Source: Octopus vulgaris (taxonomy: Eukaryota). Taken from it: 64,000 nucleotides of DNA. The notes under the pieces are model-generated. The model saw only the letters and a program-made list of their open reading frames with translations. It ran no database searches and was not told the origin of the DNA. Below are positions 39,553 to 55,588 of the stretch, piece after piece. Location: assembly GCA_951406725.2 (NCBI GenBank), contig OX597823.1, forward strand, positions 59,830,001 to 59,894,000. The letters run 5' to 3'. Position 1 is the first letter of the stretch. Each line of letters starts with the position of its first letter. Made by a program: the position numbers and the translations under genes.

Positions 39553-40324
39553 TTGTATTTTTGTATTTGTTGTGTGTTTTGTTTTGCTTTTGTAGAGTGA
39601 AATGGAGTGGCATAATGGTTTCAGGCAAATATTCCTATTTCCAGACTATGCCTAAGAATTTCTTTCCTTTAATTTTTTTCCTTTTTTTCTCTTTCTCCCC
39701 CACCCCCACCCTGCTTGCTTCTTCAAATCTGACCAACAAACCAACCAACCGACCACCTACCTACCCCTACTCCCCAACCATTACTACTACTTCTCCTTCT
39801 GATCCTTCTAATGGTCTTATATATATATATATATATTATTTTTTTCCTATTTTTGTTTTGATTAATGTTTTGTTTTGTTTATTCTTTCATCTTCCGATTT
39901 GGACTTGGTAAGAGTATCAGAACGACAGTATTTTTTTTTTTTCTGATGCCAATCTTGGTGTAGTGTCATCACAAAGATCAGTGTTACCGTTGTCATTGCT
40001 GTCGTCAATGTCACCATCATCATCAACATCATTATTAGTATAATTATCATCATCATCATCATTACAATCATTATCTTTGTTATTATCAGCAACAAAACCC
40101 AACCATTATTGTTGTTACTGCTGTGGTCTCATCATCATCATCATCGTCATTATCCTCAACATCATCATCATCATTAGTATAATTATCATCATTATCATCA
40201 TCATCATCATCATTATTGTCTTCTTCAACAACAAAATTAGAAAATAAACTGGCCATTATCGTTATTACAACTGTGATCACATCAACATTATCATCCTCAT
40301 CATCACCATCACCATCATTTTGTT

Positions 40325-40924
40325 GGTCTCTCACTCAACTGTGCCCAACTCAACTCAACACATAATAATCAAGGAGTTTGCAGTGAGGGGAGTCAGGTGA
40401 CCAAATGCTGGGGGTGATGTCATCGCAGAAATTGTCTGACAGCCATGACTAGGTTCTTCTACTTCTGTGGCATGGTACAGAGTCCTGTTGCTAGATATAG
40501 GGTCTACCAGCAATCACCCACTTGACCAAGAACAGCATTACCTTCTCCAGGCACTTGATGTAGGCTGCTTCAGTTTTGAGTGTGAAGCCATGTGGGGAAA
40601 TGAATGGAGGCATAACGTTACCATCACTATTGATCACTCCAAAGACCATGATGTTGACTGGATGCTTGATTTTTATCTTGGTACATGTCCTCAGATTGAC
40701 ACCCAAACACTCTGAAATGTTTGTATTGTAGCTTCCAGTATGAATGCCAAGCAGTACAGCATATCATTTCCAAATTTCTGGCAGAGTGCATTATGTCATG
40801 GTGCTGTTTTTCTTACAGACAGTACCCAACTGACCCTACTATACAGTGTAGTCGACAAAATCTAAAACAAACAATGAACATGTGTGATATTAAATATATA
40901 AAATGGTGACAATTTACCCTTCGC

Positions 40925-40930
<6 letters not shown>
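40325..40930 (-). mobile_element. Tc1/mariner (DD37D maT-type) transposon remnant
   Basis: IMVFGVINSDGNVMPPFISPHGFTLKTEAAYIKCLEKV..GRPYI*QQDS; TIR at ~40905-40930; same family as 57981-58837. Confidence 0.85.
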
Positions 40931-40983
<53 letters not shown>

Positions 40984-41129
40984 AATATATGTATGTATGT
41001 ATATAAGTATGTAGGTAGGTATTTATATATATGTTTATATATATATGTGTGTGTGTGTGTGAGTGTATATATATATATACATATATGTATGTATATAAGT
41101 ATGTAGGTAGGTATTTATATATATATGTT

Positions 41130-41160
<31 letters not shown>

Positions 41161-42288
41161 ATATATATATATCATCTTCATCATCATCATCATTTAACAT
41201 CCGTTTTTCCATGCTGGTATGGGCTGGATGGTTTCACAGAAGTTGATAAGGCTGGGAGCCATACCAGGTGCCTTTGTCTGTTTTGACGTGGTTTCTGCAA
41301 CTGGATGCCTTCATGATGCCAATCATATTACAGAGTGTATCAAATGCTGTTTACGTGGCACCATCACCAGTGCTTTTACATATATATATAAATGTAAATA
41401 AATCACGTGATTCAAGGTTCAGTCCTATTGTGTGGCACCTTTGGTGTCTTTTACTATAGCCTCAGGCCAACCAAAGCCTTGTGAGAGGATTTGGTATGGA
41501 AACTGAAAAGAAGCCTGTCGTATATATATGCGGTGTGTACATGTGTCTGTGTGTGTGTGTGAGTGTATGTGTATAATTGTGTGTCTGTGTTTGTCCCCCC
41601 CGCCATCACTTGACAACCAATGCTGGTGTGTTTACGTCCCCGTAACTTAGCAGTTTGGCAAAAGAGACCAAAAGAATAAGTACTAGGTTTACAAAGACTG
41701 AGTCCTGGGGTCGATTTGCTCGATGGCTGCAGTCAAATGACTGAAACAGATAAAGGAGTAAAATTGTACCTGTATTTATATGCATGTATATGTGTGTATA
41801 TATAATATGTATATATGTGTGTGTGTGTATGTGTGAGTGCATGTCTGTGTGTAATTACAGCTAACTGGCATTTAACTAATAAGCACATTGAATAGAAGAC
41901 CATGTTTCTTCCCATGCAGCAGTGCAGATATCATCTGCTCAGCTATCAGCATGAAGCCTTAGGATGGTTTTAATGTTTTAAATCACCCATTCGCATGCAC
42001 AAACACTCACGCAAGCTAATAATGTACGTTGCACAGATACAGACATACAGAGGCTAATATACATTACACACACACACACACATACATACACTCATTCATA
42101 CATATATACACACACAGATATTTCCTTATTATGTGTGAGTGTGTGTGGTGCATGTGTTCATATGAGTGTGTTCCCACATTGTGTGCATGTATATGTGTGT
42201 ATGTGTGTATACACACACACATAATATATGCACATATAAATACACACACATATATATATATATATATATATCATATATATATATATGC

Positions 42289-42329
<41 letters not shown>

Positions 42330-42437
42330 GTATATATACATATATATGATATATATATATATATATATAAATATATACATATATATACATACAAACATAC
42401 ATATATATACACAAATGAATTGAAAATGGAGATGTGT

Positions 42438-42506
<69 letters not shown>

Positions 42507-42529
42507 TACATATACATACTTCATACATG

Positions 42530-42566
<37 letters not shown>

Positions 42567-43673
42567 GTGTATAAGCTGATTAATGGAAGAAGGGGGAAGG
42601 ATGAAAGAATGAAAAAGAAAAGAAGAGAAATGAAGAAAGAAGGAATGATATTGTCTTGTAATACAACTGAAAGCTTACCAATTCCAAAGCATCAAAGATA
42701 CAAGTATGATTATGGATTTGAAGACTGGGCTTTAGAATGAATTTCAGTAGAACAGTAGAAGGTTGGTTAGCTAGCTGGCTGGCTGGTTGGCTGGTTGGTT
42801 GGTTGGTTGATTGTTTGGTTGGTTGGTGGGTTAGGTGGTGGGTGAGTTTTTAGGTAGATTTTGTTAATATGCATTGCAGGATATTTTGATTTAGTTTGTA
42901 CTAACTGGTTGAATGAAGTAGGACACTAAAACATTGTGTGGATTAGTGAACAACATGCATCATCATCATCCTCCTCATCATTATCATCATTATCAGCATC
43001 ACCATCGTTGTCGTCATCATCATTATCATCATCATCATTTGAACTCAGAACATAAAGACAGATGTAAAGCGTTTTGCCTGGTGTGCTAATGATTCCACCA
43101 GCTTACCATCCTATTTTATTCTTTTACTTGTCTCAGTCATTTGACTGCAGCCGTGCTGGAGCACCACCTTAGTGGACTTGTTTTTTTTTAAGCCTAATAC
43201 ATATTTTATCAGTCTCTTTGGCCAAACCGCTAAGTTATGGAGTCATAAGCACACCAACATCTGCTGTCAAGCGATGATGGTGAGGGCACAACACAAACAT
43301 AAAAATACACACACATAGATATATACATACACATATATATATATGTGTGTGTGTGTATGTGTGTGTGTGTGTACAATGGGCTTCTTTCATTTTCCATCTA
43401 CCAAATCTACTCATAAGGCTTTGGTTGGCCTGAGGCTATAGCAGAAGACACTTGTCCAAAGTGCCACACAGAGGGACTGAACCAGAAACCATATGGTTGA
43501 GAAGCAAGCTTTTTACCACACAACCATGACTGTGCCTATCTTATATGCATATATATATTTTAATTTCCCTTAGGCACAATGATAGTAATAACAAGTTATT
43601 AGAACTCAATATACATAAGCAATAGACAATATTGTTAGACATGTAGAATTTAATATAAATTAGTGAATGACAT

Positions 43674-43819
43674 GAGAACAGGAATTACATAACCATCTTC
43701 AATACCATGCAGCTATTTCTGCTAGTAGATGTTGCACAAGCACTCAGCTCTGACTGCGCTGCTTCTTACAGCAGAAACAGTTGTAAGCCAATGAAGTTGA
43801 TTACATAATTCCTGTTCTC
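43674..43819. repeat. ~146-nt imperfect fold-back (MITE-like hairpin)
   Basis: gagaacaggaatta/taattcctgttctc pair perfectly (14 bp); inner gcagctatttctgct/agcagaaacagttgt. Confidence 0.7.
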
Positions 43820-46126
43820 TTATCTTTCAGTTGAATAATTTAAGCATATATATTTTCTTTTATCTCTTACTTGTTTCAGTCACTAGACCGTGGCCATGCT
43901 GGGGCACTGCTTGGAAGAACTTTTGCTGAATGAATCAACCCCTGTATTTATTTTATTGGTCACTTTTACCAAATGCTAAGTTACAGGGACATAAACACAC
44001 CAACACCAGTTGTCAAGCTGTGGTGGGAGTCAAACACAGACTCAAAAGACACACACATGTATATGTGTGTGTATGTGAGTGTGTATTATATGTATGTATG
44101 TATGTATGTATATATGAATGTATGTATCTATGCATGTAAGTTTGTATGTATGTATCTATACAATGAGCTTCGTTCAGTTTTCGTTTACCACATCCACTCA
44201 CAAGGATTTGGTCAGCCTGAGGCTATGGTAGAAGACACTTGCCCAAGGTACCGTGCAGTGGGACTGAACCCAGAACCATGTGGCTGGGAAACAAACCTCT
44301 TACCCACACAGTTACACAGGTAGGCTTTATTCTGTTAAATTTCTAAACCAGCTATGTTCAATGTTCAATGTCAATCTATCAGTCTAAACAGTCTGTTATT
44401 GACCTCATTCCTCTCTCTCTCTCTCTCTCTTTCTCTCTCGCTCTCTCTCTCTCTATCTATCTATCAATCTATTTATCTATCTTTCTTTCTCTTTCTAACC
44501 ACTTGAAATTTATCTCTTGTCATTTGCTTCTTTTAATGACATTTAATTTCGATTTCAAACTCTGTCATCCTGCCTCCTATTTTCACTCCACCATCCTTTC
44601 CGATGCATTAGCCACCCATTAGCCACATCTCTCTCTCTCACTTTGGCAATATTGCCATCTTCTTAATTCTTAATTAGGTTAACTAAATTACAGACTTGAT
44701 CTACCAATTTTAAAAGATCCATCTAATGTCAACTGGGTTTTGCATATGGTGAATGTATAGCATCTTCGCCTTTATACATATGCACACATACACACACACA
44801 TACACACACACATGCATGTACGCACATACACACACACACGCAAACCCCCACACAAACACATACGCACAATCACACATAGACATACACACACTCAAACACA
44901 TATACATATGAATATATTGCATACATATATATATATACACATATATACACATACTTGCATACATATATATATACACATACTTGCATACATACATATGTAC
45001 AAATAGATGCAAACGAGCATAAGTATATACAAATACAAAGACATATGTATATACTTGCAAACAAACACCTATAATTATACCACTCTATTATGTTATTATA
45101 CAACCTCAATGAAAGCTTTAAACAATTGACACCTCTCATCTGTGGCATCTTATTCATCTACTCGGGCTTTAACAAACTACAACAATAACGCAAACTATCT
45201 GTCCCTACTTGGTTACCTACATTGCAAGAAATGGCAGTCAAATGTTTCTAAGTTCATACCCTAATCAATAATAAATGAGATGGTCATGGCTGCAATGCTT
45301 TCTGATTACAGATTGGATTAATTAAAGTTGATCTAGATCTAAAAAAAAAGACACTAAAACATCAATGCAGGACTTCTATATGCTACTTGGTAAAAATAGC
45401 TACCAAATCCCTCTTAAATCACATGCTAGATCTTTAAATAAAAGGCAGGACACATGGGAATGCATTCTCATCATCATCATTATTATCCTTCACCTCTTCA
45501 TCATCATCGTCATTTAATGTCCATTTTCCATGCTGGTAAGGCCATGGGCCACACCAAGTTCCTCGTCTGTTTTGGCTTGGTTTCTGCAGTTTGATGCCCT
45601 TTCAAATACCAACCACTTTACAGAGTGTACAAAGTGATTTTTACATAGTATCATCATCGTTTAACATCCGCTTTCCATATATATATATATGTAAAAGAAG
45701 AAAAGAACTTCTTAGGGGTAATGGGTAAAAAATGTATAAATGTATATATACATAGATGTATATGTGAATGTGCATACATATTACTGTATTCTCGTATACA
45801 CATATATGTGCATATAGATAAATGTGTGCGTGTGGATGTATGTATATGTGTAAGTATATGTGAGTGTCTCTGTGTATATATATGGACATACGGATGCATA
45901 TATATATATGTGTGTATTCTTTTTTTAATAATTTTGATATATATTTAAAATAATATAAATTAATTAATCTTATGTATTGGCTTAAGTTTTTCATTGTATG
46001 ATTTGCCTAATAGTGGTTTTATCCCTAATTTAATATAATATAATATTTTATTATAAAATTGGATTCAATCCTAAATCTGATTTTTCCCTGTAAGTTTGGA
46101 TTTATTCCCTAATATTTTATTAAATA

Positions 46127-46167
<41 letters not shown>

Positions 46168-46184
46168 GTGTATATATGTGACTG

Positions 46185-46370
46185 CATGTGTATCATTGGC
46201 AATTTTCTTTCTCGTCTTCCCTTCCTTGGACCTTTCCTTTTTCTATGTTTCTGATGAAGAGCTCCACTCGAAATGTTAAATCCTCCTTCTTTCTTTCCTT
46301 TCATGAGTGTCCAATAACACTATACTTGTTCCACGTCCTCGCGTTGTTGTGTTTTCATGTTTGGATTAAC
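46185..46370 (+). mobile_element. Short pLTR element with minimal hammerhead (46247-46281)
   Basis: gttt CTGATGA a gag ctcca ctc GAAA TGTT aaat; homologous to 8309-8495. Confidence 0.7.
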
Positions 46371-46667
46371 TATATATGCATATATATATATATGTGTACT
46401 TGCATATATACAAATTTTCTTAACTTCATTTATACCGTATAAACATATATTACATTCTTACCTTATTTATATCTAATTTTCCTCTGTCATCTCTATTTAA
46501 TTCATTCATTTATTACCTTAATTCTATTTACCTACTCTAACTTATCTCCAATCAACTTGCAAGCCCCTTGCCCGAACATATAAAAATACAATTCATAAAC
46601 AGTATCATTCAGTCTGCTATAATGAATCCATAAATACGTATAAAACGTCCAAGGGTATATTTTTTTC

Positions 46668-46750
46668 TCCTCAGAAGATATTATGCCCAGGTCATATAAT
46701 TTGATACTTATTTAATATTTACTGAGTATTAATTGAAACAGCTGTAAGGG
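46668..46750 (+). ncRNA. Degenerate type I hammerhead (U4 to A)
   Basis: tcct CAGAAGA ...branched stem II... GAAAC agct GTA aggg; palindromic stem III ACAGCTGT. Confidence 0.55.
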
Positions 46751-46846
46751 ACGGTGATTAATTTGCTGTTAATGATAAACAATTATTAACTACCTAATCT
46801 CCATTTTCTTTCTCTTCTTTTATATGAATATAAACTATATGTTTTT

Positions 46847-46905
<59 letters not shown>

Positions 46906-48220
46906 AATAGATGTCTTATAAAACTAATCTGCACATATAAAAACAGCCATACCAACATTCCAACATACTTCCATCATCAGCTGCCCCACAGATATCACTA
47001 TGGTTTTGACACCTGGGCAGTATCATTCAATCCAGCAGTGTCAGCATAAACTTCTTACCACAGAACCATGCCTATGCCTATATATATATCTATGCATGTG
47101 TGTCTTTGTGTTTGTGTTTGTCCTCCCAAAATCACTTGACAACCAGCAAAAGAGACTGATGGAATGAGTGCTAAGCTTAAAAGAAAAATAAGTCCTGGGG
47201 TTGATTTGTTCAACTAAAACCCTTCAAGGTGGTGCTCTAGCATGGCCACAATCAAATGACTGAATCAAGTAAAAGAATGTGTGTGTGTGCATGTATGTAA
47301 AAGTGTAGTGTAAATAAGGATTCAGAGAATCACGTGACTGTCACAGTAAACTTCCTGTTTGGAGTTGGCTAACAGTCTACACAGCAATCAGTTACAGTGT
47401 AGTGTAATATAATACAAACCATTGTCATCATCATCATCATCATCATTCTCATCATCACCATCATCATCATCATTTTCATCATCATCATCATCATAATCAT
47501 CATCATAATCATCATATCATCATCGTCATTATCATTATCATTATCAGCATTATCATCATCATTATCATTATCATCATTTAGCGTCCGTTTTCCATGCTGG
47601 TATGGGTTGGACAGTTTAATAGGAGCTGTCCAGCCAGCAATCTGCACCAGACTCCAACTGTCTGTTGTAGTACAGTTTCTACTGCTGGATACCTTTCCTA
47701 ATGCCACCCACTCTACAGAGTGTACCAGGTGCATTTTTGAGTGACAAAGCATCATTGCTAATGCATGGCACCAGCACAGATGCATTATATGCAGCATCAG
47801 TACTGGTAACATTTTATGTGAAACCGGCATGGGCATTTTTTATGTGATACCACAACCACATGTGCTTTTTTTTTTTACATGGAACCAGGCCCTGTGAGCT
47901 TGCAAGATGTCCATGCATTTAAAAACCTAGGAAATTCGAATCACGGATGTAATCATAATGTTCTGGTAATCCGATGAGTTAGCATTCTTTGTTAGCATAA
48001 ATTTGTGAAATTACAAGTGTATTAGATAATGCTGCATATATATATATTGATACATAAATGTACGATCAATTTTGCATGCTGAAATTAATATGACTATGTA
48101 AAGAAAGATACACAACAGCAGTAAGCATATGGAAGCCATATGGAATAATAAATCTATCTTCACCTGTCACACCTCCTGACTTTAGGTTTTATATACATGC
48201 ATACATACATATATATACAT

Positions 48221-48284
<64 letters not shown>

Positions 48285-48610
48285 GTATAAAACACAAGAT
48301 GCATATATATGTATAATTTATCGTATTATATAAGCAAAGAAAAAGAAAAAGTAAACAAGAAGTAAAAAAAAAAAAGGGACAAAGTAAAATTCGAAACTGA
48401 CTCCAGAAGTGAACTTATAAGGAATTTATATCCTGTCTGTGCTACATCATATTAATAAATTAAAAAGAAAAAGAAAAAAGAAAATCAAAAAAAGAAATTC
48501 AAAATTTCTTCTAAGATTATAAAATTTACTCACACATAACCACACACACACACATAAAAAAAACTTTAAAAATAAACTCTATATATGTACATATGCATAC
48601 ACATACACAA

Positions 48611-48651
<41 letters not shown>

Positions 48652-48838
48652 CATACATACACACGTACACACACACATACGCACACATATATATGTATAT
48701 AGACATATATACACATGTACATATAAGGAATATGAACGGCAAAATCAAAAACAAATGATAGCCAAATAAAGAAACACAGAAATATAGATGTAAGTTCATG
48801 CCTACAGAATATTCCATTTATTTTTATTATTTTATTTC

Positions 48839-48878
<40 letters not shown>

Positions 48879-49175
48879 TATATAATGTTTTTATTTACAT
48901 TTATTTATCTATTTATTTATTTATTTATTTATTTATTTGCTTTTTTCTATGATTCCATTACCAATGAATAAAGAGGAAACATGTCAAAAAAATGTTCGCA
49001 TTTGTGTGTCAATACTGCAAGTAAATCTGATAGGCGATCTCTTCTGACTGACTCAGCAAAAACTTGCAAAGAAGTGAACCTCTGTTGACTTGTTTTTATA
49101 TTTTATATGCATTTTTTTTAGGTTTATATTAATTGATATATATATATATATATACACACAGACATATATATATAT

Positions 49176-49243
<68 letters not shown>

Positions 49244-49763
49244 GTATGTATCACTCTATATGAGAATAACACAGACTTTACGCATGACTGCTTACAAGAC
49301 ACCACACAAATCATCATTTTCCTAAAATTGATAATTACACAGTGTTTTGGTGTCTGAGCATATATATATATATATATATATAGATAGATAGATATAGATA
49401 TACATACATATATATATATATATACATACATATATATGTATACATATGCATGCATATGTATGTATGTGTATGTGTGTGTGTGTGCATATGCACAGACGCA
49501 CACTCATTGATGTAAGTGTGTGTGTGTATATATTATTTACATATTTTTTTTTATTCAAATATTTTGTTCAGTGATGATAAACAATAGAAAGAGAGAACTG
49601 TTACTGGAGCATCCAACCAGCAGTCATATGTGAGTTCACGCCTCACCTACGAATGCTGAAATATTTTCTGTTTATCAATGCAATTTAAGGTTTAAATACC
49701 ACATATATCATATGTATTTATATCTATACACACTCTCTATTTTGCTATCTCTTTCTCTCTCTG

Positions 49764-49800
<37 letters not shown>

Positions 49801-50014
49801 GCACAATCATTAGTATATAAACACACACCTATATGCATAAATTTATAAAATGTATACATATATATATATATATATATATATGAATATACATATATTTATA
49901 TATATATATATATATATGAATATACATATATTTATATATATATATATGAATATACATATATTTATATATATATATGAATATACATATATTTATATATATA
50001 TATATGTATATGCA

Positions 50015-50052
<38 letters not shown>

Positions 50053-50075
50053 TATACATATATTTATATATATGC

Positions 50076-50138
<63 letters not shown>

Positions 50139-51193
50139 ACACATATATACATATATATATATGTACACATACTTATATGTATATGTTAGTGTGTATACAT
50201 ATATATAGAGATAGATAGATAGATCATATATATATATATATGTATGTATGTGTGTGTGTATGCATATATACAGATATATATATATATATTGTTTGATAGA
50301 TAATGTCATGCATAGATAAATAGATTGATAGATAGAGCTGTGTACATATATTTGCATCTTTAATATGTATAATAATAGGCGACATATAAAAACATACAAA
50401 GATCACATATATTTTTTTAAATTACCAGAGAAAATTGATTGAGATATTGATTTCTAATTACTAATGGGTACAGACCCAATATAAGCAAGCTATAAGATAA
50501 AGAGAATCAAAATCATTGTTTAAAATTATCTTAAACATTCAGAGTGTTGTAACTGCTAAAAACAGCATCATTATTCAAAATTGCCTGTCTGCTAATCATA
50601 CTGATCAAAAACTATCAGATGAACTGGAACATATGTCTGCAAAGTTACAGGACATAAAAAAAAATATACAGGCAAAAAATAGAAGAAAAAAAAAGACAAG
50701 GACATACCAAAAACTTCAGAATGATTTGGGTTGAAAAATAGCTAAAAACTGTCGGTAAGTTTTAGATAATCATCTGTAAAATATAATGATAAATGTGATA
50801 TTTAAGCTATAATAAGGACAAAAAAAAAGTCATCAAAAACAAAAAAAAAATAATGGAAATAAATATTTGTCTCTTGATGAAGTTTTATAAGACTGAAAAT
50901 TGTCCTTCTTTTAGAGCACTGCTACATTACCTGCTTTTTATTTTTACTATTATATCTGGCCTTGTACCAAAATTGGAAACCATGAATGCTATTATATTCT
51001 TTGGCTTCTGTTAGGACTGATGCTGTTATGTACTTCCACAAGTCATTTTTAACTAAATTCACTAAAAGGATGTTACCATCATTGCTAAACATTTAGTTAC
51101 TGAAAGCTGATGTTACTGAACGCCTAGAGATGATGAGATTACTGTCAGATTACTAGAGATGATCAGAAGTTACTGTCTTCATAGGAATGCCTA

Positions 51194-51420
51194 TTAACCC
51201 TTTCGTTACCAACCCAGCTGAAACCGGCTCTGGCTCTGAGTACAAATGTCTTGTTTTCATAAGTTCTGAATTAAAATTTTCTGCCAAACCTTGGTCACAA
51301 TGTATGTTCCTAACACTAGCTTAATGATAACGAAGTTATTTTACTAAATTCTTTGTTATATTTAAAATTTATTGAAAGAAACACAGCATCTCAAAATAAA
51401 TACAGTAACGAAAGGGTTAA
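51194..51420. mobile_element. piggyBac-like MITE with TTAA TSD
   Basis: TTAA CCCTTTCGTTAC ... GTAACGAAAGGG TTAA. Relatives at ~53700-53970, 54502-54700 and 63280-63446. Confidence 0.85.
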
Positions 51421-52828
51421 GGTATTCACTCCATCAGTCCCAGCCCTCTGGAGATAAACAGTGTCTGTACCTTAGTTCCACACTCAAAACACATAAAACC
51501 AAATATCTCTGAGATAAAAAGACTAAAAGTTGCAGGATATCTGGAAATGGAAATTTTTGAGTCTCTTGCAAATACTACGGCACCTCTAATGTCAGCTGAC
51601 TGAGAACAATACCTCCTTATGTGAGACGCATCATCATCACTTTCCACAAGCCAAACTCTGGATATGCTTCATCCATTTTCCAATGATCTTCCTCAGAAAT
51701 TTCTCAAAATTTCAGTACTTAATTAGTTTTAAGCAGTCTATGAATTTGTTGTTTCCCCTTGGAAAGGTTCATTGGCCACAGATTCCATTGTGGAAAAATT
51801 GGGAAAAAATAGTCAAAAAGAAACATAAGGAGTGGCTGTGTGGTAAGTAGCTTGCTTACCAACCACATGGTTCCAGGTTCATTCTCACTGCATGGCACCT
51901 TGGGCAAGTGTCTTCTACTATTGCCTTGGGCCAACCAAAGCCTTGTGAGTGAATTTGGTAGACAGAAACTGAAAGAAGCCCGTCGTATATATGTATATTT
52001 ATATATATGTATAAGTGTATATGTTTATGTGTCTGTGTTTGCCCCCCTCCCCCAACATTGCTTAAGAACTGATGGTGGTATGTTTATGTCCCCATAATTT
52101 AATGGTTCAGCAAAAGGTACTGATAGAATAAGTACTAGGCTTCCGAAGAATAAGTCTTGGGGTCGATTTGCTCGACTAAAGGCAGTGCTCCAGCATGGCC
52201 ACAGTCAAATGACTGAAACAAGTAAAAAAGTAAAGAGTAAGATGATGGTTTCAGATTTTGGCACATGGCTAGCAATTTCGAGGACAAGGGTTCATCAATT
52301 ATATCAACCCCAGTTTACTTATTTTGGTACTTATTTTATCGACCCTGAAAGGATGATAGGTAATGTTGAGTTCACTGGAATTTGAACTCAGAACATAAAT
52401 ATGGACAAACTATTGCTAATCATTGTGCCCAACATGCTAACAATTCTGCTAACTCACTGCCTTTTGAAAACCTAGGGTAATGCTATTAGCGAACAAACTT
52501 TTGTAAATAGCCTAATTTTGCACTTGCTACCTATCTTTATTCAGAATGGTTGATCTATTTTCATTTTTACTGGGTCCAAACACGGGGATTTGTCAATTCC
52601 ATCTATGTTGAGAATTCAGTGTTAGATAATGCTAGATTATAAGGTATGTGTGGTATTAAGAATTAAGATTCATATAAACCTGAGCAGTTGACTAAAATAT
52701 ATATTTTTTTTGTTATTAACCTTATTTTTAAAGATGCAACATTTCCTAATATTTATACAATGAGCAAGCAGAGTTGTTAGCACATCAAGTAAAAATGCTG
52801 AGCAGCATTTCATCCATCTATATTTTCT

Positions 52829-53060
52829 TATTTCTTTATTGCCCACAATGGGCTAAACATAGAAGGGACAAACAGGGACAGACAAAGAGATTAAGTCGAT
52901 TACAGTGTGTTACTAGTATTTATTTTATCGACCCCGAAAGGATGAAAGGTAAAGTTGACCTCGGCAGAATTTGAACTCAGAATGTAAAGACAGATGAAAT
53001 AACGCTAAGCATTTCCCCCCAGCATGCTAACGTTTCTGCCAGCTTGCTGACTTTATTTAT
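52829..53060 (-). mobile_element. Family B SINE nested in an opposite-orientation family B SINE, 17-bp TSD
   Basis: TSD atccatctatattttct at 52812-52828 and 53061-53077. Confidence 0.8.
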
Positions 53061-55588
53061 ATCCATCTATATTTTCTGGGTTCAAATTCCACCGAGGTCA
53101 ACTTTGCCTTTTATCCTTTTGGGGGTCAACAAAACAAGTGTCAGTTGAGCATTGGGTTTGATTTACCCCCATCCCTCAAAATTGCCGGTCTTGTGCCAAA
53201 ATTTGAAATTAATATTTATGTCTACACTGCTCCCTTTGATTTAATTTCAGAGTGTTATTTGATAATTATGAATTCCCTAGAATGATTTTGGACTCAAACT
53301 AAGAACTATTATTTTAAAATATAGTACTGTCAGTGACCAGGTATGTAAGAGTTTCTGTATCATCAGTTTAGGAACACGTGTTCCAAGTTCAAATACAATC
53401 AAGTACGATGTACATTTCTTGGAATAAAGATGCCTGATGCCAATTGGAGATCAAAACTGATCAACACATAATGTTGCTGTAAACATTAAAAAGAAAAGCG
53501 TTTCATCTCTAAAGATGAGATTAATAGTCCGAAAAATTATAATCATATCAAAACAACTCATCTTAGACTTTTAGATATTTGACCAAAATGTGTTTTGGAA
53601 TCAACAGTCTTAGACTTTGATGGCTGAAAACATTAATCTTATGTGAACACAAAAGTGGTGATAAGCTTCTAATGAAACAAGTCTAGTAAAGCAAGATTTT
53701 AACCCTTTACTCACCAACCTATCTGAGACAACTTCTTGTTTTATGATGTGTTAACCTCTAATTTTTAAGTGTTCACATTAAGTTTAAATTAAAAACCATC
53801 CATCATAACTGTACAAAATAACCTTCCGTTGAATTATGTTCCAAATACTAGCTTTATAAGGAAAAAAATTAATTATTTTTTGAAACTCCTTTGAAACTCT
53901 TGTCTGATTTCAAAACTAATTGAAGAACAAGGACAAGTTGTATACTGGAAATTTTGGTTTTGAAAGAGTAGAAAGAAGTTTGATAATCAGTTGAATTATT
54001 TCTTTTCTACTCTAGGTAAAGACCCAAAATTTTGGCAGGAGGAGAGGGGCCAATCGATTAGATTGACCCCAGTATGCAGCTGGTACTTAAATAATCGACC
54101 TCGAAAGGATGAAAGGTAAAGTCAGCCTCAGCAGAATTTGAACTCAAAATGTAAAGATAGACGAAATACCTTTACTATCCACAAGTGGCTAAACACAGAG
54201 GGGACAAACAAGGACAGACAAATGAATTAAGTCGATTACATCGACCCCAGTGCATAACTGGTACTTAATTTATCGATCCCGAAAGGATGAAAGGTAAAGT
54301 CAACCTCGAAGAATTTGAACTCAGAATGTAAAGACAGACGAAATACCACTAAGCATTTCACCCAGCATGCTAATATTTCTGCCAGCTTGACACCAATTCA
54401 GTTGAACTATTTCACTTGCTTTACTCTGCTCATTTGCATAGTCCACAAGTCAGGAAGCGATGGGTCACTTATTGACCAGTTGATATACTCAGCATATATT
54501 TTAACCCATGTGTTACCATATTTCTGTTGAAATACAATGACTTATATTTTGAAAATAATGAGAAATTTAGTAAAATAACTTTGTCATTTTTAAGCTGATG
54601 TTTGGGACATAACATAACATGAAATTCTCATGAAAGCTTTAATTTAGATAATTTCAAAATGGAGCAGTTTCAGGCAGGTTGGTATTGAAAGTGCTAATTT
54701 GTAACCATAGAAACAAAAATGTTCATTAGTTACTGAGAAACATGTTAAGAGTTACAAGATATTGTGGAGATATTTCTTCCAAACTAACTGGCTTCATTGC
54801 AAATTTCTCGTCTTGACCAACTTCTTTCTCTAATGAAAGTGTAATGGACAAACAGAGAAGAATGTTGGTGATCACTCAGCTAGCTAGAAATACTAAGTAA
54901 CTTACACTCAAATCAAATATGAGTGTATAGAAAGAGAGACATATTGAATATGGTTGTCCAAGATAGACTGTCATCAGAATAAGGATAGACGGTTATGGCT
55001 GGAACACTTTTGATTCTGTGTCTGCTTGATCTCCAGAACTCATTTAAAATGAAATAACAATGGTGACACAAAATATAAATATAATGTCATACTTACCATA
55101 TATTTAAAAACATTCTATTCTAATTTTATGTTAGAGCAAGCCAATAAAACATATATAAGATATATATATATATGTAGATATATAGACGCCAAATCGCCAT
55201 TGCAACAAAGAATGTCTTGATCATTTTTATATTTTGGCGTTTTTGCTGAGATTTTTTTTTCTTGAGAACATATTCTTTGTGGTAATGGCGATATGACATC
55301 TATGTTTAGCATATAAGGTGTCCACTTAAGTGGTCATTCCTCTTAATTTTGTACATATATATATATATATGTATATAAGTATGTATATATATATATATAT
55401 ATGTATATAAGTATGTATATATGTATATATATGTATATACATATATATATGTACATATATATATATATATATATGTATATAGAAATTCAGGGTGAGTACT
55501 TGATAATTATAAGCACCTGTGTATACCGTTTGGTGGTGTAGGTGGTGGAGTAAATTGATCAAAATAAAAACATGATGCGAAGGATTCA

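Noticed and set aside
51426-51647. 73-aa ORF in unique sequence
   Set aside because: No recognisable homology or convincing splice signals.
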